Positions 50,447-61,039 of a stretch of 64,000 bases of DNA are shown here, piece by piece. Origin of the DNA: an uncultured virus (IMG/VR IMGVR_UViG_3300025387_000001) (Duplodnaviria > Heunggongvirae > Uroviricota > Caudoviricetes). The position numbers and the translations under genes are program-made. The notes under the pieces were generated by a model. It saw only the letters and a program-made list of their open reading frames with translations. It was not told where the DNA came from and did no database searches. Each line of letters starts with the position of its first letter. Positions within the stretch are counted from its first letter, which is position 1. The stretch lies in IMG/VR virus record IMGVR_UViG_3300025387_000001; one strand, given 5' to 3'.

Positions 50447-51551
50447 GGAGAAGAAAGTGAAAACTCGTCCTAAGTTTGCGGATGAAAAGTATCTTGGTTC
50501 CGAACCTACCGTCACGGAGGATTCCACACAGGCTGAGTTGGCTGTTGCTTATAACTGGTTCAACTATTTCTATACAAGTGATGATGCTAAGGCATTCACC
50601 ATATCCTACCTAAAGAGTATTAACTATGACAAAGACATTATACGAAAACTTAACCAGGTCAAATGCGTTGAACTGCACTCCATCGGATGGAACTGTCGGC
50701 TCCTCCACACCGGGTCATCCCTACCTGACGGAATCTGGCAATCTATTGAGCTGCGACTCATGGAACTTGCCAGCGAGGTCGTGGAAGTATCGGAGACTGA
50801 AGAGGATCAACCGCAAAAGAATGTGGTCACCATACAAGACCGCATTGCTAGTCGTGCGTCGGACCTTATCGCGGAACTTGAAGAAGAACTAGATGTGTTC
50901 TACAAAGAAGGAGTAATCCAGTTTGACGTTAAGAAGTGGGCCCTTGAGAAGGCAATCAAACCGCCAGTGGCGAAGAGGATTACAGACCACTTCCGTCCAC
51001 AATACGAAGAAATCACCGAAGCACTCAAAGGCGAAGATCCAGATTTGGTGGAAGCATATAAAGGCTGGCGTAAGCCGGTTCTTAAAATCATGGCTCTTTT
51101 CATTAAGAAGATCATAGATCACCTTGATGAAGCAGCGGCAGCACAAGTCTCTATTCGTAAACCACGTAAGAAGAAAGAGAAACCAGCACATGTCTTGGTT
51201 TCGAAACTAAAGTATAAAGTTGAAGACAAAGACCTAAATATCAAGAGTGTCCAATCTAAGGATATTATTCATGCGCAACAACTTTGGATCTACAATACTA
51301 AGTATCGTAATCTTTCTGTGTATAATGCCTTGGGTCCTAGCGGCCTTTCGGTCAGAGGGACAACGATTATCGGATATGATCAGGACTCTTCAGTCACTAA
51401 GAAACTCCGCAAACCAGAACAAGTAATTCCTCAAGTGTTGAACGAGGGTAAAGTTGGTTTGCGTAAAATTATGAGTGCCATTAAAACAACCGAAACAAAG
51501 GCAAATGGCCGATGCAATGAAGAAACAATACTACTAAGGGTGATTAGATGA
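50415..51551 (+). CDS. conserved T4-like hypothetical protein (start uncertain)
   Basis: YNWFNY, LWIYNTKYR, KLRKP, NGRCNEETILL. Confidence 0.7.
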   Translation: MKCGKKKVEDKEKKVKTRPKFADEKYLGSEPTVTEDSTQAELAVAYNWFNYFYTSDDAKAFTISYLKSINYDKDIIRKLNQVKCVELHSIGWNCRLLHTGSSLPDGIWQSIELRLMELASEVVEVSETEEDQPQKNVVTIQDRIASRASDLIAELEEELDVFYKEGVIQFDVKKWALEKAIKPPVAKRITDHFRPQYEEITEALKGEDPDLVEAYKGWRKPVLKIMALFIKKIIDHLDEAAAAQVSIRKPRKKKEKPAHVLVSKLKYKVEDKDLNIKSVQSKDIIHAQQLWIYNTKYRNLSVYNALGPSGLSVRGTTIIGYDQDSSVTKKLRKPEQVIPQVLNEGKVGLRKIMSAIKTTETKANGRCNEETILLRVIR

Positions 51552-52260
51552 CAATACCTACAGGAGGCCTAAAATACTATAGTAACATACCGGTAGAAAA
51601 GATTGATATGATAGATAAGTTGGCCTATCTTTACTGGTATGAGAATGTATGTAAGGATGGATGGAGTAAAGATGAGCATAGAGGTTTATACGAGAGAACC
51701 AAGAGTGAGGTAATGGAATATGGTCTCAACTATTCTAAAGACAACGGAAATTGACCTAATTTGGTCTATGATATATCTTGGTATGTTCGTGGGTGTTATT
51801 TCTATGCTTTTGGTACTGTATGGAACCTATCTAGATATAAAGAATAAGGACAAGTAAATGACCGATAAAGTTATCGAGTTCCCAAAACACAAAGTTGTTC
51901 GTGATGTACCAGGAGAAGTTTTAGAAGAAAGAGCAAGACGAGCCGATATGAAAATGGCAGATGCCATCGTAAGTGATATCACGGCAATGATTTTAACCGA
52001 ACTTGATAACTTTTATGTTAGTGTTGAAGATGAGTCCTTCACAAAGGATCTTGTTCTTGTTGTAGATGCCTTAAAGGCTACAGTATATCGCCAGTTTGGT
52101 TTTGAGCATCACCTCCATCCTTTCATTGAGGAAAATGTAACCATCATCTCAAAAGCAGATGCCAAAGCAATGGAAAACATGGATGAGGAACAAATCCAGA
52201 AGATGATTGAGGATATGTTGGCATCAAAAGAAAAACTTGACAAAGAAGAGGAAGAGTGAT

Positions 52261-52755
52261 ATGGTAGACACAATCGATCCAAATACCCTTAAAGGTAAGG
52301 ATCGTCCACTATACGTAAAGAAGGTATTAATGGGCCTTGGTTGGACAGATTTCCAAGCTGCCGCAATGGTCGGTCAGTTTATGCAGGAATCCTATACAGA
52401 CCTCCGAACGGACGTATGGGGTGATAAACACACCGCATATGGTATCGGTCAGTGGCGTGATAACTATGATAAGAAGACTGGTATCCATTCACCTGGCCGT
52501 CTATCCGACCTTGCTCGGTTTGCCTTAGAGTTAGGTAAACCTGTAAATGACCTTGATACACAGGCACGGTTTGTAAATTGGGAATTAAACAATACCCAGA
52601 AGAATGTTGGTTATCTTTTGAAGAAAACCAAGAATATCGATGACGCTTTATTGATTGCTATTGGTTATGAGCATCCACGAGGTTATACTAAAGAACACCC
52701 AGAGAACGGCGATGGTTTCGCCAACAGATGCAAGTATGCCAAATCCCTAATGTAA
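52261..52755 (+). CDS. phage tail lysozyme-like muralytic domain protein
   Basis: AAAMVGQFMQES, AYGIGQW, QARFVNWEL, YEHP. Confidence 0.8.
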   Translation: MVDTIDPNTLKGKDRPLYVKKVLMGLGWTDFQAAAMVGQFMQESYTDLRTDVWGDKHTAYGIGQWRDNYDKKTGIHSPGRLSDLARFALELGKPVNDLDTQARFVNWELNNTQKNVGYLLKKTKNIDDALLIAIGYEHPRGYTKEHPENGDGFANRCKYAKSLM

Positions 52756-52764
52756 GGAAAGAAA

Positions 52765-53625
52765 ATGTCTTATATCATGGTGGATCTTAATCAGGTCCTC
52801 ATTTCTAATCTGATGCAGCACCTGAAACAGATCACAAAATCACATGAGATGAATGAGGACCTTATTCGTCATATGTCTATCAATACCATCCGTTCTAATG
52901 TGAAGCAATTCAAGTCAAAGTATCCTAATGTAATCCTTTGCTGCGACTCCAAGAAGTATTGGCGCCGTGATTACTTTCCATTCTATAAGTCTCAACGTAA
53001 GCATGACCGAGAGGCCAGTGGCCTTGATTGGCATCTTATCTTTGATACACTCAACAAGATCCGTGATGAGTTCAAGGAGAGTTTCCCTTATAAGGTGTTG
53101 GATGTTGAAGGTGCCGAGGCGGATGATATCATTGCCGTCCTTACTGCTCGTTTGTCGTCGAGCGGCAACATTCTCATTTTGTCGTCGGACAAAGACTTTG
53201 GGCAACTCCAAAAGTATCCTAATGTAACGCAGTATTCACCTATTCTAAAGCGGTTCATTAAGATTGATAACCCGAAGACTTTCATCCGTGAACACATTCT
53301 TAAAGGTGACCGTGGTGATGGCATTCCAAACTTTCTTTCACCAGACAACACCTTTGCAGCAGGCGAACGTCAAAAGGTTATAAATAGTAAACGTCTTCAG
53401 GAATGGATTAGTCAGGATGCCGAAACTTTCTGCACTACGGATATTATGCTACGTGGTTATAAACGCAACCAAACTTTGGTTGATTTTGACTATATACCAG
53501 GAGATATTCAGGCAAGCATCGTTTCCGCGTTTGAGAATACCAAAGTGTCAACAAAAGAGAAAATGCTGAACTATTTTATCGATAAGGGCCTCAAAGTAAT
53601 GATTGAGTCCATCAACGATTTTTGA
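52765..53625 (+). CDS. rnh: T4-type RNase H (5'-3' exonuclease)
   Basis: YWRRDYFPFYK, EADDII, SSDKDFGQL, GDRGDGIPN. Confidence 0.95.
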   Translation: MSYIMVDLNQVLISNLMQHLKQITKSHEMNEDLIRHMSINTIRSNVKQFKSKYPNVILCCDSKKYWRRDYFPFYKSQRKHDREASGLDWHLIFDTLNKIRDEFKESFPYKVLDVEGAEADDIIAVLTARLSSSGNILILSSDKDFGQLQKYPNVTQYSPILKRFIKIDNPKTFIREHILKGDRGDGIPNFLSPDNTFAAGERQKVINSKRLQEWISQDAETFCTTDIMLRGYKRNQTLVDFDYIPGDIQASIVSAFENTKVSTKEKMLNYFIDKGLKVMIESINDF

Positions 53626-53633
53626 GGAACATA

Positions 53634-54071
53634 ATGAGTAAGAAAAATGTATATGAAGTATTTAATGACTTCAAAGTGGCCAAGAATAAAAAAGATCGTA
53701 TCAAAGTCCTACAAGATAATGATACTTTCGCTTTGAGGAATGTATTGATTGGAACCTTTCATAAAGGTGTCGAATTTGTCATTGCCGAAGCACCATCTTT
53801 TAAAAGAAATGATGACTTACCTCCTGGTTTGGGTTATAATAATATGACCCAGGTATTGGATAAGTTATATCTCTTTATGAAGAACAACCCACGCACTCCT
53901 GCCGGTCTTACAGACAAGAGAAAATCAGAACTTTTATTACAAATATTGGAAAGTTTAGAGCCTAAAGAGGCTGATGTATATATGGGTATCATTCTAAAAG
54001 ACCAGAAGATCCCATATCTAACTGAGACGCTTGTTCTTGAAGCGTTCCCAGGATTATTTCCACAAGGGTAG
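53634..54071 (+). CDS. conserved T4-like hypothetical protein
   Basis: LYLF..QILESL..EA..EAFPGL pattern; follows rnh. Confidence 0.7.
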   Translation: MSKKNVYEVFNDFKVAKNKKDRIKVLQDNDTFALRNVLIGTFHKGVEFVIAEAPSFKRNDDLPPGLGYNNMTQVLDKLYLFMKNNPRTPAGLTDKRKSELLLQILESLEPKEADVYMGIILKDQKIPYLTETLVLEAFPGLFPQG

Positions 54072-54301
54072 AATAACATGAAGCAACTAAAAAACACTTT
54101 CAAAGATCCTTATGTTGAACTACAGGAAGAGGACCGCCGTTATGGCGGCCGCAAATTGGAACGTCCAGAGTCCGAAATGCGGCGTGATCGTCGTCCACTA
54201 AAGAACCTCAAGAAGGCGTGGATGGAACACACCGAGGACTTTGACGAAGTGGACGATTTTTACGAACACTGATTGTAAACAATTGTAAACAAAAATAATG
54301 C

Positions 54302-54359
54302 TTGACATTCCTTTTCCCAGGTGTATAATAGTAAATACTGAAACCTTGGGAAAAGGAAT
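54302..54359 (+). promoter_or_regulatory. promoters embedded in a 13 bp inverted repeat that covers the SD
   Basis: ATTCCTTTTCCCA (54307-54319) / TGGGAAAAGGAAT (54347-54359); TTGACA-16-TATAAT and TAAATA. Confidence 0.75.
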
Positions 54360-54364
54360 AGATT

Positions 54365-54904
54365 ATGGAATTATCATCATTACTGATGGAATCAGACCTT
54401 ACAGGTTATATTTCCGAAAACCTTTCTGACCTGTGGGAAGGTACACCTCTCCAAGGATATAAATTGCTTGATAATAAGCAAAAAGGTGGTTATGGTGAAG
54501 TATTGGCCGAGAAACTTTGTGAACAATTAGGTCTCAAAGTAACACAAAGAACAAATTCCGATCATGATATGGTCGTGAACGGTTATAAAACCGAAGTAAA
54601 ATTTTCCATTGCACAAACCAATAAAGATAAAACGGCCATAAATAAAGATGTATTTATGATGAACCATGTCGGTGTTGGTAAAGATTATGATCGTTTACTT
54701 TTCATAGGTATCAATCCTAATTTTGAGGAATCCAGGATTGTATGGTTTGATAAAAAAGATATTAAGAAAATTATCAATAACAAAGATTATTTTGGTTATC
54801 AGCAAGGTGGTAACAATGCTGAGAATGACGACTATATGTCCGGATCGGCCAGACTTATCAGATTGATTAATTCTCCATATGCTAGGACTCTTGAACAATG
54901 GTAA
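54365..54904 (+). CDS. putative PD-(D/E)xK endonuclease (type II restriction enzyme-like)
   Basis: KGGYGE..DHD..TEVKFS; overlaps the methyltransferase gene. Confidence 0.65.
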   Translation: MELSSLLMESDLTGYISENLSDLWEGTPLQGYKLLDNKQKGGYGEVLAEKLCEQLGLKVTQRTNSDHDMVVNGYKTEVKFSIAQTNKDKTAINKDVFMMNHVGVGKDYDRLLFIGINPNFEESRIVWFDKKDIKKIINNKDYFGYQQGGNNAENDDYMSGSARLIRLINSPYARTLEQW

Positions 54905-55629
54905 AATTATATCATGGTGATTGTCTTGAGGTTTTAAAAGAACTTGAGAACAACTCGGTTGATATGGTCTTGACCGATCTTCCTTATGGTACCACGGCCT
55001 GTAAATGGGATGCTATTATTCCATTTGAACCTCTATGGGAACAATTAAACCGAATTGCTAAAAAAAAGGCTGCAATGGTATTTACAGCACAAATGCCATT
55101 CACTGCGGCCTTGGCTATGTCCAATATCAAAAATCTAAAGTATGAATGGATATGGGAAAAACCTCAAGGCACTAATCCCCTTAATGCTAAAATAATGCCA
55201 TTAAAGTCACACGAAAACATTCTAGTTTTCTGCCGTGAAACACCTACCTATAATCCTCAAATGGAACAAGGCACACCTTATAGCGGTTTCTCTTCCGATG
55301 AGTCCAAGATTGGTGAAGTTTATGGTGGTGCCAAATCTAAGCACCGAGATAATCCTACTGGTGAAAGATATCCTAAAACCATACTAAGACATAAGCAAGA
55401 AAAAGGATTACATCCTACACAAAAACCAGTCACTCTCATGTCTTATCTAATCAATACACATTCCAATCCGGGAGATGTTGTTCTTGATTGCACAATGGGA
55501 TCAGGAACCACTGGCGTTGCTTGTATTGACACGGATAGGAATTTCATAGGTATAGAAATGGATGAAAAATATTTTAATATCGCAAAAGATCGTATTGAAG
55601 GCCGCCGAGGTCTGTTGACATTCATCTAG
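54898..55629 (+). CDS. N6-adenine/N4-cytosine DNA methyltransferase (beta class)
   Basis: GDCL, TDLPYG, HPTQKP, VLDCTMGSGTTG. Confidence 0.93.
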   Translation: MVKLYHGDCLEVLKELENNSVDMVLTDLPYGTTACKWDAIIPFEPLWEQLNRIAKKKAAMVFTAQMPFTAALAMSNIKNLKYEWIWEKPQGTNPLNAKIMPLKSHENILVFCRETPTYNPQMEQGTPYSGFSSDESKIGEVYGGAKSKHRDNPTGERYPKTILRHKQEKGLHPTQKPVTLMSYLINTHSNPGDVVLDCTMGSGTTGVACIDTDRNFIGIEMDEKYFNIAKDRIEGRRGLLTFI

Positions 55630-55630
55630 C

Positions 55631-55697
55631 TGCGACATCCTGTCGCAGGCGTTTACATACCTTTTTTATTGACAATGCCGTTCCTTTATGTTATTCT
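55631..55697 (+). promoter_or_regulatory. palindrome-activated sigma70 promoter 1
   Basis: TGCGACATCCTGTCGCA, 21 nt, TTGACA-17-TATTCT. Confidence 0.75.
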
Positions 55698-55724
55698 TAG
55701 ACATAATCAGAAAGGATTGTAAAC

Positions 55725-55862
55725 ATGCTTCTATATATTCGACGCAAAATTACCGTAGCATTTGCTAGAGCTACATTAGAGATGCCCTGGCCTTTTTGTA
55801 AATATGCATTATTATTACAATGTAAACTTGGGTTTACATACGATAATCTCCCCGAAGAATAA
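55725..55862 (+). CDS. 45 aa hypothetical protein, paralog of 58045..58188
   Basis: GAAAGGA SD; near-identical leader in both copies. Confidence 0.6.
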   Translation: MLLYIRRKITVAFARATLEMPWPFCKYALLLQCKLGFTYDNLPEE

Positions 55863-55876
55863 CAATGACTTACGGG

Positions 55877-55943
55877 TGCGACGTTCTGTCGCACCCATTT
55901 TATGCCAGTTTACATTGACTTTACCGTTCCTTGATGCTATTAT
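55877..55943 (+). promoter_or_regulatory. palindrome-activated sigma70 promoter 2
   Basis: TGCGACGTTCTGTCGCA, 21 nt, TTGACT-17-TATTAT. Confidence 0.75.
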
Positions 55944-56276
55944 ATGTCCATGATGAAAACACAAAAGCGGAAATCACGGTCTGATCGTAAACACCTTGTT
56001 TACAGTCTGTCTGTAAACGGACAGGAATACATTGGTGTGACCTTTGTTGAACGGTCGGCTGTTAAGAAATCCCTAACCAGAAGGTGGCAGAAACATGTCC
56101 GACGGGCCCTTACAGAAAACAAAAACTGGAAGCTCTGTGTTGCTATACGCAAATATGGCGCTGATGCCTTTGACGTTACTGTATTGGACGTGGTCCGCGG
56201 TAAGTCCGCTGCTCATACCTTAGAACGTGATCTAATCAAATCCCGCAAACCTAAACTTAACACGGATGTAAGATAA
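55944..56276 (+). CDS. short GIY-YIG nuclease-domain protein
   Basis: LVY..EYIGVT..RWQKH..LERDLI..PKLN; true start may be 55950. Confidence 0.8.
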   Translation: MSMMKTQKRKSRSDRKHLVYSLSVNGQEYIGVTFVERSAVKKSLTRRWQKHVRRALTENKNWKLCVAIRKYGADAFDVTVLDVVRGKSAAHTLERDLIKSRKPKLNTDVR

Positions 56277-57950
56277 TGGCTAATGCTCGTTTTGCTGCTA
56301 AAAAACCCGCTATTCAGGTTACTCTCAACCAGTTGGAGGACTTCTTCCTTAAGGGTAATGATATTAAGGTGTGTAAGGCACCTAAACGCCCTAAGAAGGG
56401 TTATACCACTGGCAAAAAGGTGAAAGGTATCTAATGTTGGAAATAATCGCTCTAACCGTATCGCTGGCTATTCCTGTTTCTCTTGCTCTTGTTGCTTTAC
56501 TCTCGGAGTCTGATAATGCTTAATTGGAAAGATGATGAACAAATGGTCCAATGCCTTGGTCTTTTCCTGACTTTGGTTGGTCTTATGTTCGGTGTTGGTC
56601 TTATCGCTTATTTTGGAGGTTAATATGGAAAGTCCAGTTACACCTGTAAAAGAATTATCTAAACATGAAAGTAATAAGAAGTGGTTGGAACATTATGTTG
56701 TTGCCATGGAATTAGCAAGAGTTAAATATGAAAAGGCCAAAAAGAGTTATGAAACTGTAGCAAATCTACATCGTTTAGAAGTTTCTATGGAAAAAAATGG
56801 TGATCTCTATATCTTCACAACTCTTGATGACGATGATCTTGAACGGGTGATTTTTGCTCGTAAGGATAGAAAAACAAAACGATGGGTTTTACGTGAAGGT
56901 CGTAAACAGATTATGAAAAAATGTCCTTATAATCTAAACGAAATTCGTCTCAAAATAGCAATAGGTGAAATATGAAACAAGTAATCGTATCCGGTTCTTT
57001 CCGTTATGTTGCAAAACGTATTGAGGAACTTGATGCTCAAGGTTATAAAATTGTAAAATCTAAACAATGGTCCGACGGTAAGTGGACTTATGTGATGGAG
57101 AAATAATGAATAATGCCATCCACTTTGTAGGATTTAAAGATAACCGTTATAACGCGGCCGTCAAGGTGTTCGGCACTCCTGACTTTATCCATAGAGTATG
57201 GGATAAACGTGCGGCCGATGAGGTTATGGAAAATGATGTGGTGATATTTGCTGATAGTGATGAAACGCAAGAGGTGAAATTTTTTGCGTTTGACGACTCC
57301 GCTAACTTCTAAGGAATATAATATGGCTAATGTGAAAACTTTCAATCTGTCGATTTGGTTCAAAGGTTATGACCTTACATTCCGTGGTATATCACGAACT
57401 GCGGCCTGTAGGTATATTGATCTTTATTCTAAGAAAGAAAACTATATCTCTTGGAGTGTAGAGGAAAGATAATGCATAACATAAAGAGTTATACATTGAC
57501 GGTATATCTTAAAAACGGTGATCAAGTCGTCTATAAAAACATTACCAGAAATGCCATGATGAAAAAGGTTAGACATTACCAGGAATTAAAATTATCTCTA
57601 ACGTTTCATATTGATTGGGAGTAAACATAATGCGTGAGTTTACTAATGCCGTTATTGAGGCCAAAGATGAGGGTGTGTTGGATCGTGATGAATTGATCCG
57701 TGACCTTCTCAACTATATGTCCGACTCCGAGGTCGCAAACTTTTTGAGTAATTATTATGCCGAGTTTTATGGTGAACTAGCAGAGGAGGAAGATGATTAT
57801 GACGGCCAACCGGACGAAGCGCAAGAATGGCATGACTTTGATCCAGATTGTTAATCCTGTTGCCAAGGCACTCCGCAATCCTGTATGTAGACAGAGGATT
57901 GTTCCTTCTAAAAAGGTGTATCGTAGAAAGGCGAGGTTTACATTCATGGG

Positions 57951-58017
57951 TGCGACATCCTGTCGCATCTGTTGACATACGATTTTGATTGACTGTTCCG
58001 TCCGTTTATGCTATTAT
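57951..58017 (+). promoter_or_regulatory. palindrome-activated sigma70 promoter 3
   Basis: TGCGACATCCTGTCGCA, 21 nt, TTGACT-17-TATTAT. Confidence 0.75.
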
Positions 58018-58044
58018 TAGACATAATCAGAAAGGATAGTAAAC

Positions 58045-58188
58045 ATGAAAAACCTCATTATGTATAAAGTTAATATGTTCTTTGCATACCTTACCATAGA
58101 TGCCCCCGTTCCATTTTTTGTAAAACTTCATGCCCTTACATTACAAGGAAAAATTAACTCTTTCGTCAACTATCAATGGGGAAATTAA
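58045..58188 (+). CDS. 47 aa hypothetical protein, paralog of 55725..55862
   Basis: FAYLTIDAPVPF..ALTLQGKI versus FARATLEMPWPF..ALLLQCKL. Confidence 0.6.
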   Translation: MKNLIMYKVNMFFAYLTIDAPVPFFVKLHALTLQGKINSFVNYQWGN

Positions 58189-58848
58189 TATGAAAAAACT
58201 ATATATCGTCTTTATGAACTCTTATAACAAACGATATAACACTAACATTTTTTATCATAACTCCGATGAAGATATCAATATGGGTTTTTTTAACAATAAA
58301 CAAGATGCTCAAAATGTTATTGATGAACTAAATGAAAAATACAAAGATGATAAGCATAATTATAATCAGTATTACATTTATGAGTCAGTCTATAACTAAT
58401 AGAAAGTGAGAATATAATGAAACTTGTACCACATGGTTCAAACCAAAATGTCCTTATCCTTGAGAATGGCACTAAAGTCCTTTTCTCATATCGAACTCCA
58501 GTGGCTGCTTTCCATCCTATCAAAGGTTGGCTGCGTACCGATAGAAAGTGGTCGGCCACAACCACCAAGCATATCAATAAGTGGTTGTCTGGCCTAAACG
58601 CCAGCATCATTTCACAGTCTTTCCTTGACAACCTTGTGGAGCGTATATAATGTCCAGAATGTCCGACCTTGCTTTGGAAGTGGATGAGTTGGTGGTTCAG
58701 GCCATCGAATACGGTGCCCAGACGGAACAGCAAGTCCAGACGTATGTAAACGACCGTATGGCGTTGACAATCCCTATAGAGCAAATCAATCGTATCATAG
58801 ACGATTTCTATAGAGCGGATTTCTATTGTCAACACCACAACCTATAGG

Positions 58849-58914
58849 TGCGACAACCTGTCGCATGTGTTTACAAACGATTTTGGTTGCCATATCCGTC
58901 CGTTGTGTTATAAT
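58849..58914 (+). promoter_or_regulatory. palindrome-activated sigma70 promoter 4
   Basis: TGCGACAACCTGTCGCA, 21 nt, TTGCCA-16-TATAAT. Confidence 0.72.
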
Positions 58915-58949
58915 GTCCGTATTAAATGAGAAATGTGAAAGGAAATCGA

Positions 58950-59543
58950 ATGCCTAAAGTATCTGCATCAAATGGTATCCGTCCTGAAATCCGCGCCCTT
59001 GCGGTTCTTGTGATGGGTAAAACTGTTACGCCTGCCGAAATTAATGACCACGTCGGCACTGGTGATTATGCTGCCAAGTATGTGTCCTTCCTCAATACGC
59101 GGTACGGTTTCACTATTACCGCCAATAAAGATGGTCGCAAGGTCGTTTCTTATACGATGGTCGCCGAGCCTGCTAATGCTGCCGACCTCCGTGCCGCACA
59201 ACCTAAGGCACCTAAGGTCAAGGCTGCCAAGGTTGCTAAGGCTCCTAAGGCCAAGGTTTCTAAGGCATTAGGTCTTACAATGGCCGAAGCAAATGAAATC
59301 CGTGAAGAGGTTGCTTCCGAACGTGCCTTAGAAATCAAGGCAAAGAACCTTGAGACACTCCGCAAGGTTGCTAAAGACATGGGTATGAAGAAAGTGGCCG
59401 CTAAGAAAAAGGTCGCCAAGAAAGTCCGTGACTTTGATGATGTTACGGAGCAGTTTGGTACCAGTGGTGAGGTTGCCACCTCATTCTCAATTGATAAAGA
59501 TTGGGACTCCATCGATGGTGTTGACCTCTCAAAAATCATCTAA
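58950..59543 (+). CDS. Lys/Ala-rich putative DNA-binding protein
   Basis: PKAPKVKAAKVAKAPKAK histone H1-like tract; possible N-terminal winged helix. Confidence 0.6.
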   Translation: MPKVSASNGIRPEIRALAVLVMGKTVTPAEINDHVGTGDYAAKYVSFLNTRYGFTITANKDGRKVVSYTMVAEPANAADLRAAQPKAPKVKAAKVAKAPKAKVSKALGLTMAEANEIREEVASERALEIKAKNLETLRKVAKDMGMKKVAAKKKVAKKVRDFDDVTEQFGTSGEVATSFSIDKDWDSIDGVDLSKII

Positions 59544-59810
59544 CTAATAGGAGTGTTAGTTGTCAACTATCGTCACTCTTGATCTGAATAATTTTGATAC
59601 GGATGATCTAATCGCTGAACTGGAGGATCGTGAATATCGTGTTATGACGCCGGGTGAAACTGATGAAAACTCGGAGTCATTAGAAAATATGCATGATGAA
59701 ATCCATACCTTATACTTAAACTTCCTAGCATTATATAAAAATAATAATAGGGAGTTTGAAAAGTCCTTGAAAAAGTTTTTTGAGGATACTATAGATGTAA
59801 GGATTATTTA

Positions 59811-60185
59811 ATGCGCCTCAAAGTGAAATACAGGAACTCGGCCTATCGGCCGGGTTCTTATGCTTATTCCGAACCATATAACTATTATGAAGGTCGTGTG
59901 GTTCTTCCTAAACCCAAGTGGTTATCTGAAAATGAGTTTATGTTAACCACTGGTGATGCTGATGCGCCGGCTCGTATTCTGGATAAGCGTGATATATTGG
60001 AGGCATGGACAGGTAATGACAAGTATGATGATGGCGTCACTCTAGTAAATGGTGATAAAAAAATATATGTAGTTACCCGTGGTAACTTTGGTCGTTATTC
60101 ATGTAACTGTACCGCATATCATTATCGCAAATGGTGTAGTCACACAAACGAGGTAAAGAAAAATGTCCGATCAAGCGTTGGTTGA
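59811..60185 (+). CDS. SWIM zinc-finger protein
   Basis: YSCNCTAYHYRKWCSH. Confidence 0.75.
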   Translation: MRLKVKYRNSAYRPGSYAYSEPYNYYEGRVVLPKPKWLSENEFMLTTGDADAPARILDKRDILEAWTGNDKYDDGVTLVNGDKKIYVVTRGNFGRYSCNCTAYHYRKWCSHTNEVKKNVRSSVG

Positions 60186-60496
60186 AGTGAAAGAAATGCT
60201 GTATAAACGCCTTGCTATTCTCCGTCCATTCATACAGAATATGGAGATAGATGAATACGGTCCTCTTGACTTTACAGAGGCCGCATATTTAAATGAGTTG
60301 ATGTTTCTGGAAGAGTTACTAGATATTATTGAGAGGTCATAATGGATAGTTATCTAAAACAAATCGCTTATAGTGAAGGTAAAAAGGCGTATTTTGATAA
60401 GGTATGTCCTATGGATAATCCTTATGAAGGAGTCCATGAGATACTTTACAATGTATGGTGTGATGGTTGGTGGGATATGTTTTATGAGGACATCTA

Positions 60497-61039
60497 ATGA
60501 ATATTTTTTATCTTGATCACGACCAACAAAAATGTGCCGAGTGGTCCGTGGACTCTCATTGTGTTAAGATGATCCTTGAGAGTGCCCAACTTTTGTCCAC
60601 GGCTCACCGAGTGCTAGACGGTCATGAGTATATAGACGATGGTGGAAAACGTAAGGTAAAACGATGGCGCCTTGATGATGACCGTAATGCTCAACTATAC
60701 TCAGCAACTCATGTCAATCATCCATCGGCAGTGTGGTGCCGTGAAACCGAGGCCAACTATCTCTGGTTGTGGTCATTGCTTCGTGAATACTGTAAAGAAT
60801 ATACCTACCGTTATGGAAAAACACATAAAGTTGAGGCTGACGGTCTTTTGTATGACCTTAGATATACACCACATAACACACCTTTAATATATTTCACCGA
60901 ACCTCCAAGTGCGATGGATCCTAAATACATTATATCAAAAGATCCGATAGTCAATTATCGGAACTACTACAAGGTTGGTAAGGTGCACCTACACAAGTGG
61001 AAGAAACGTGAAGCACCGGAGTGGATAAAGGAGGCGTAA
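60497..61039 (+). CDS. pyrimidine-dimer DNA glycosylase-like protein
   Basis: MNIFYLD, KMILESAQLLSTAH, THVNHP, EYTYRYGKTH. Confidence 0.75.
   Translation: MNIFYLDHDQQKCAEWSVDSHCVKMILESAQLLSTAHRVLDGHEYIDDGGKRKVKRWRLDDDRNAQLYSATHVNHPSAVWCRETEANYLWLWSLLREYCKEYTYRYGKTHKVEADGLLYDLRYTPHNTPLIYFTEPPSAMDPKYIISKDPIVNYRNYYKVGKVHLHKWKKREAPEWIKEA

Noticed and set aside
54272..54291. Tandem ATTGTAAACA repeat upstream of the R-M-like promoter
   Set aside because: Only two short AT-rich copies; could be an operator but not supportable from sequence alone
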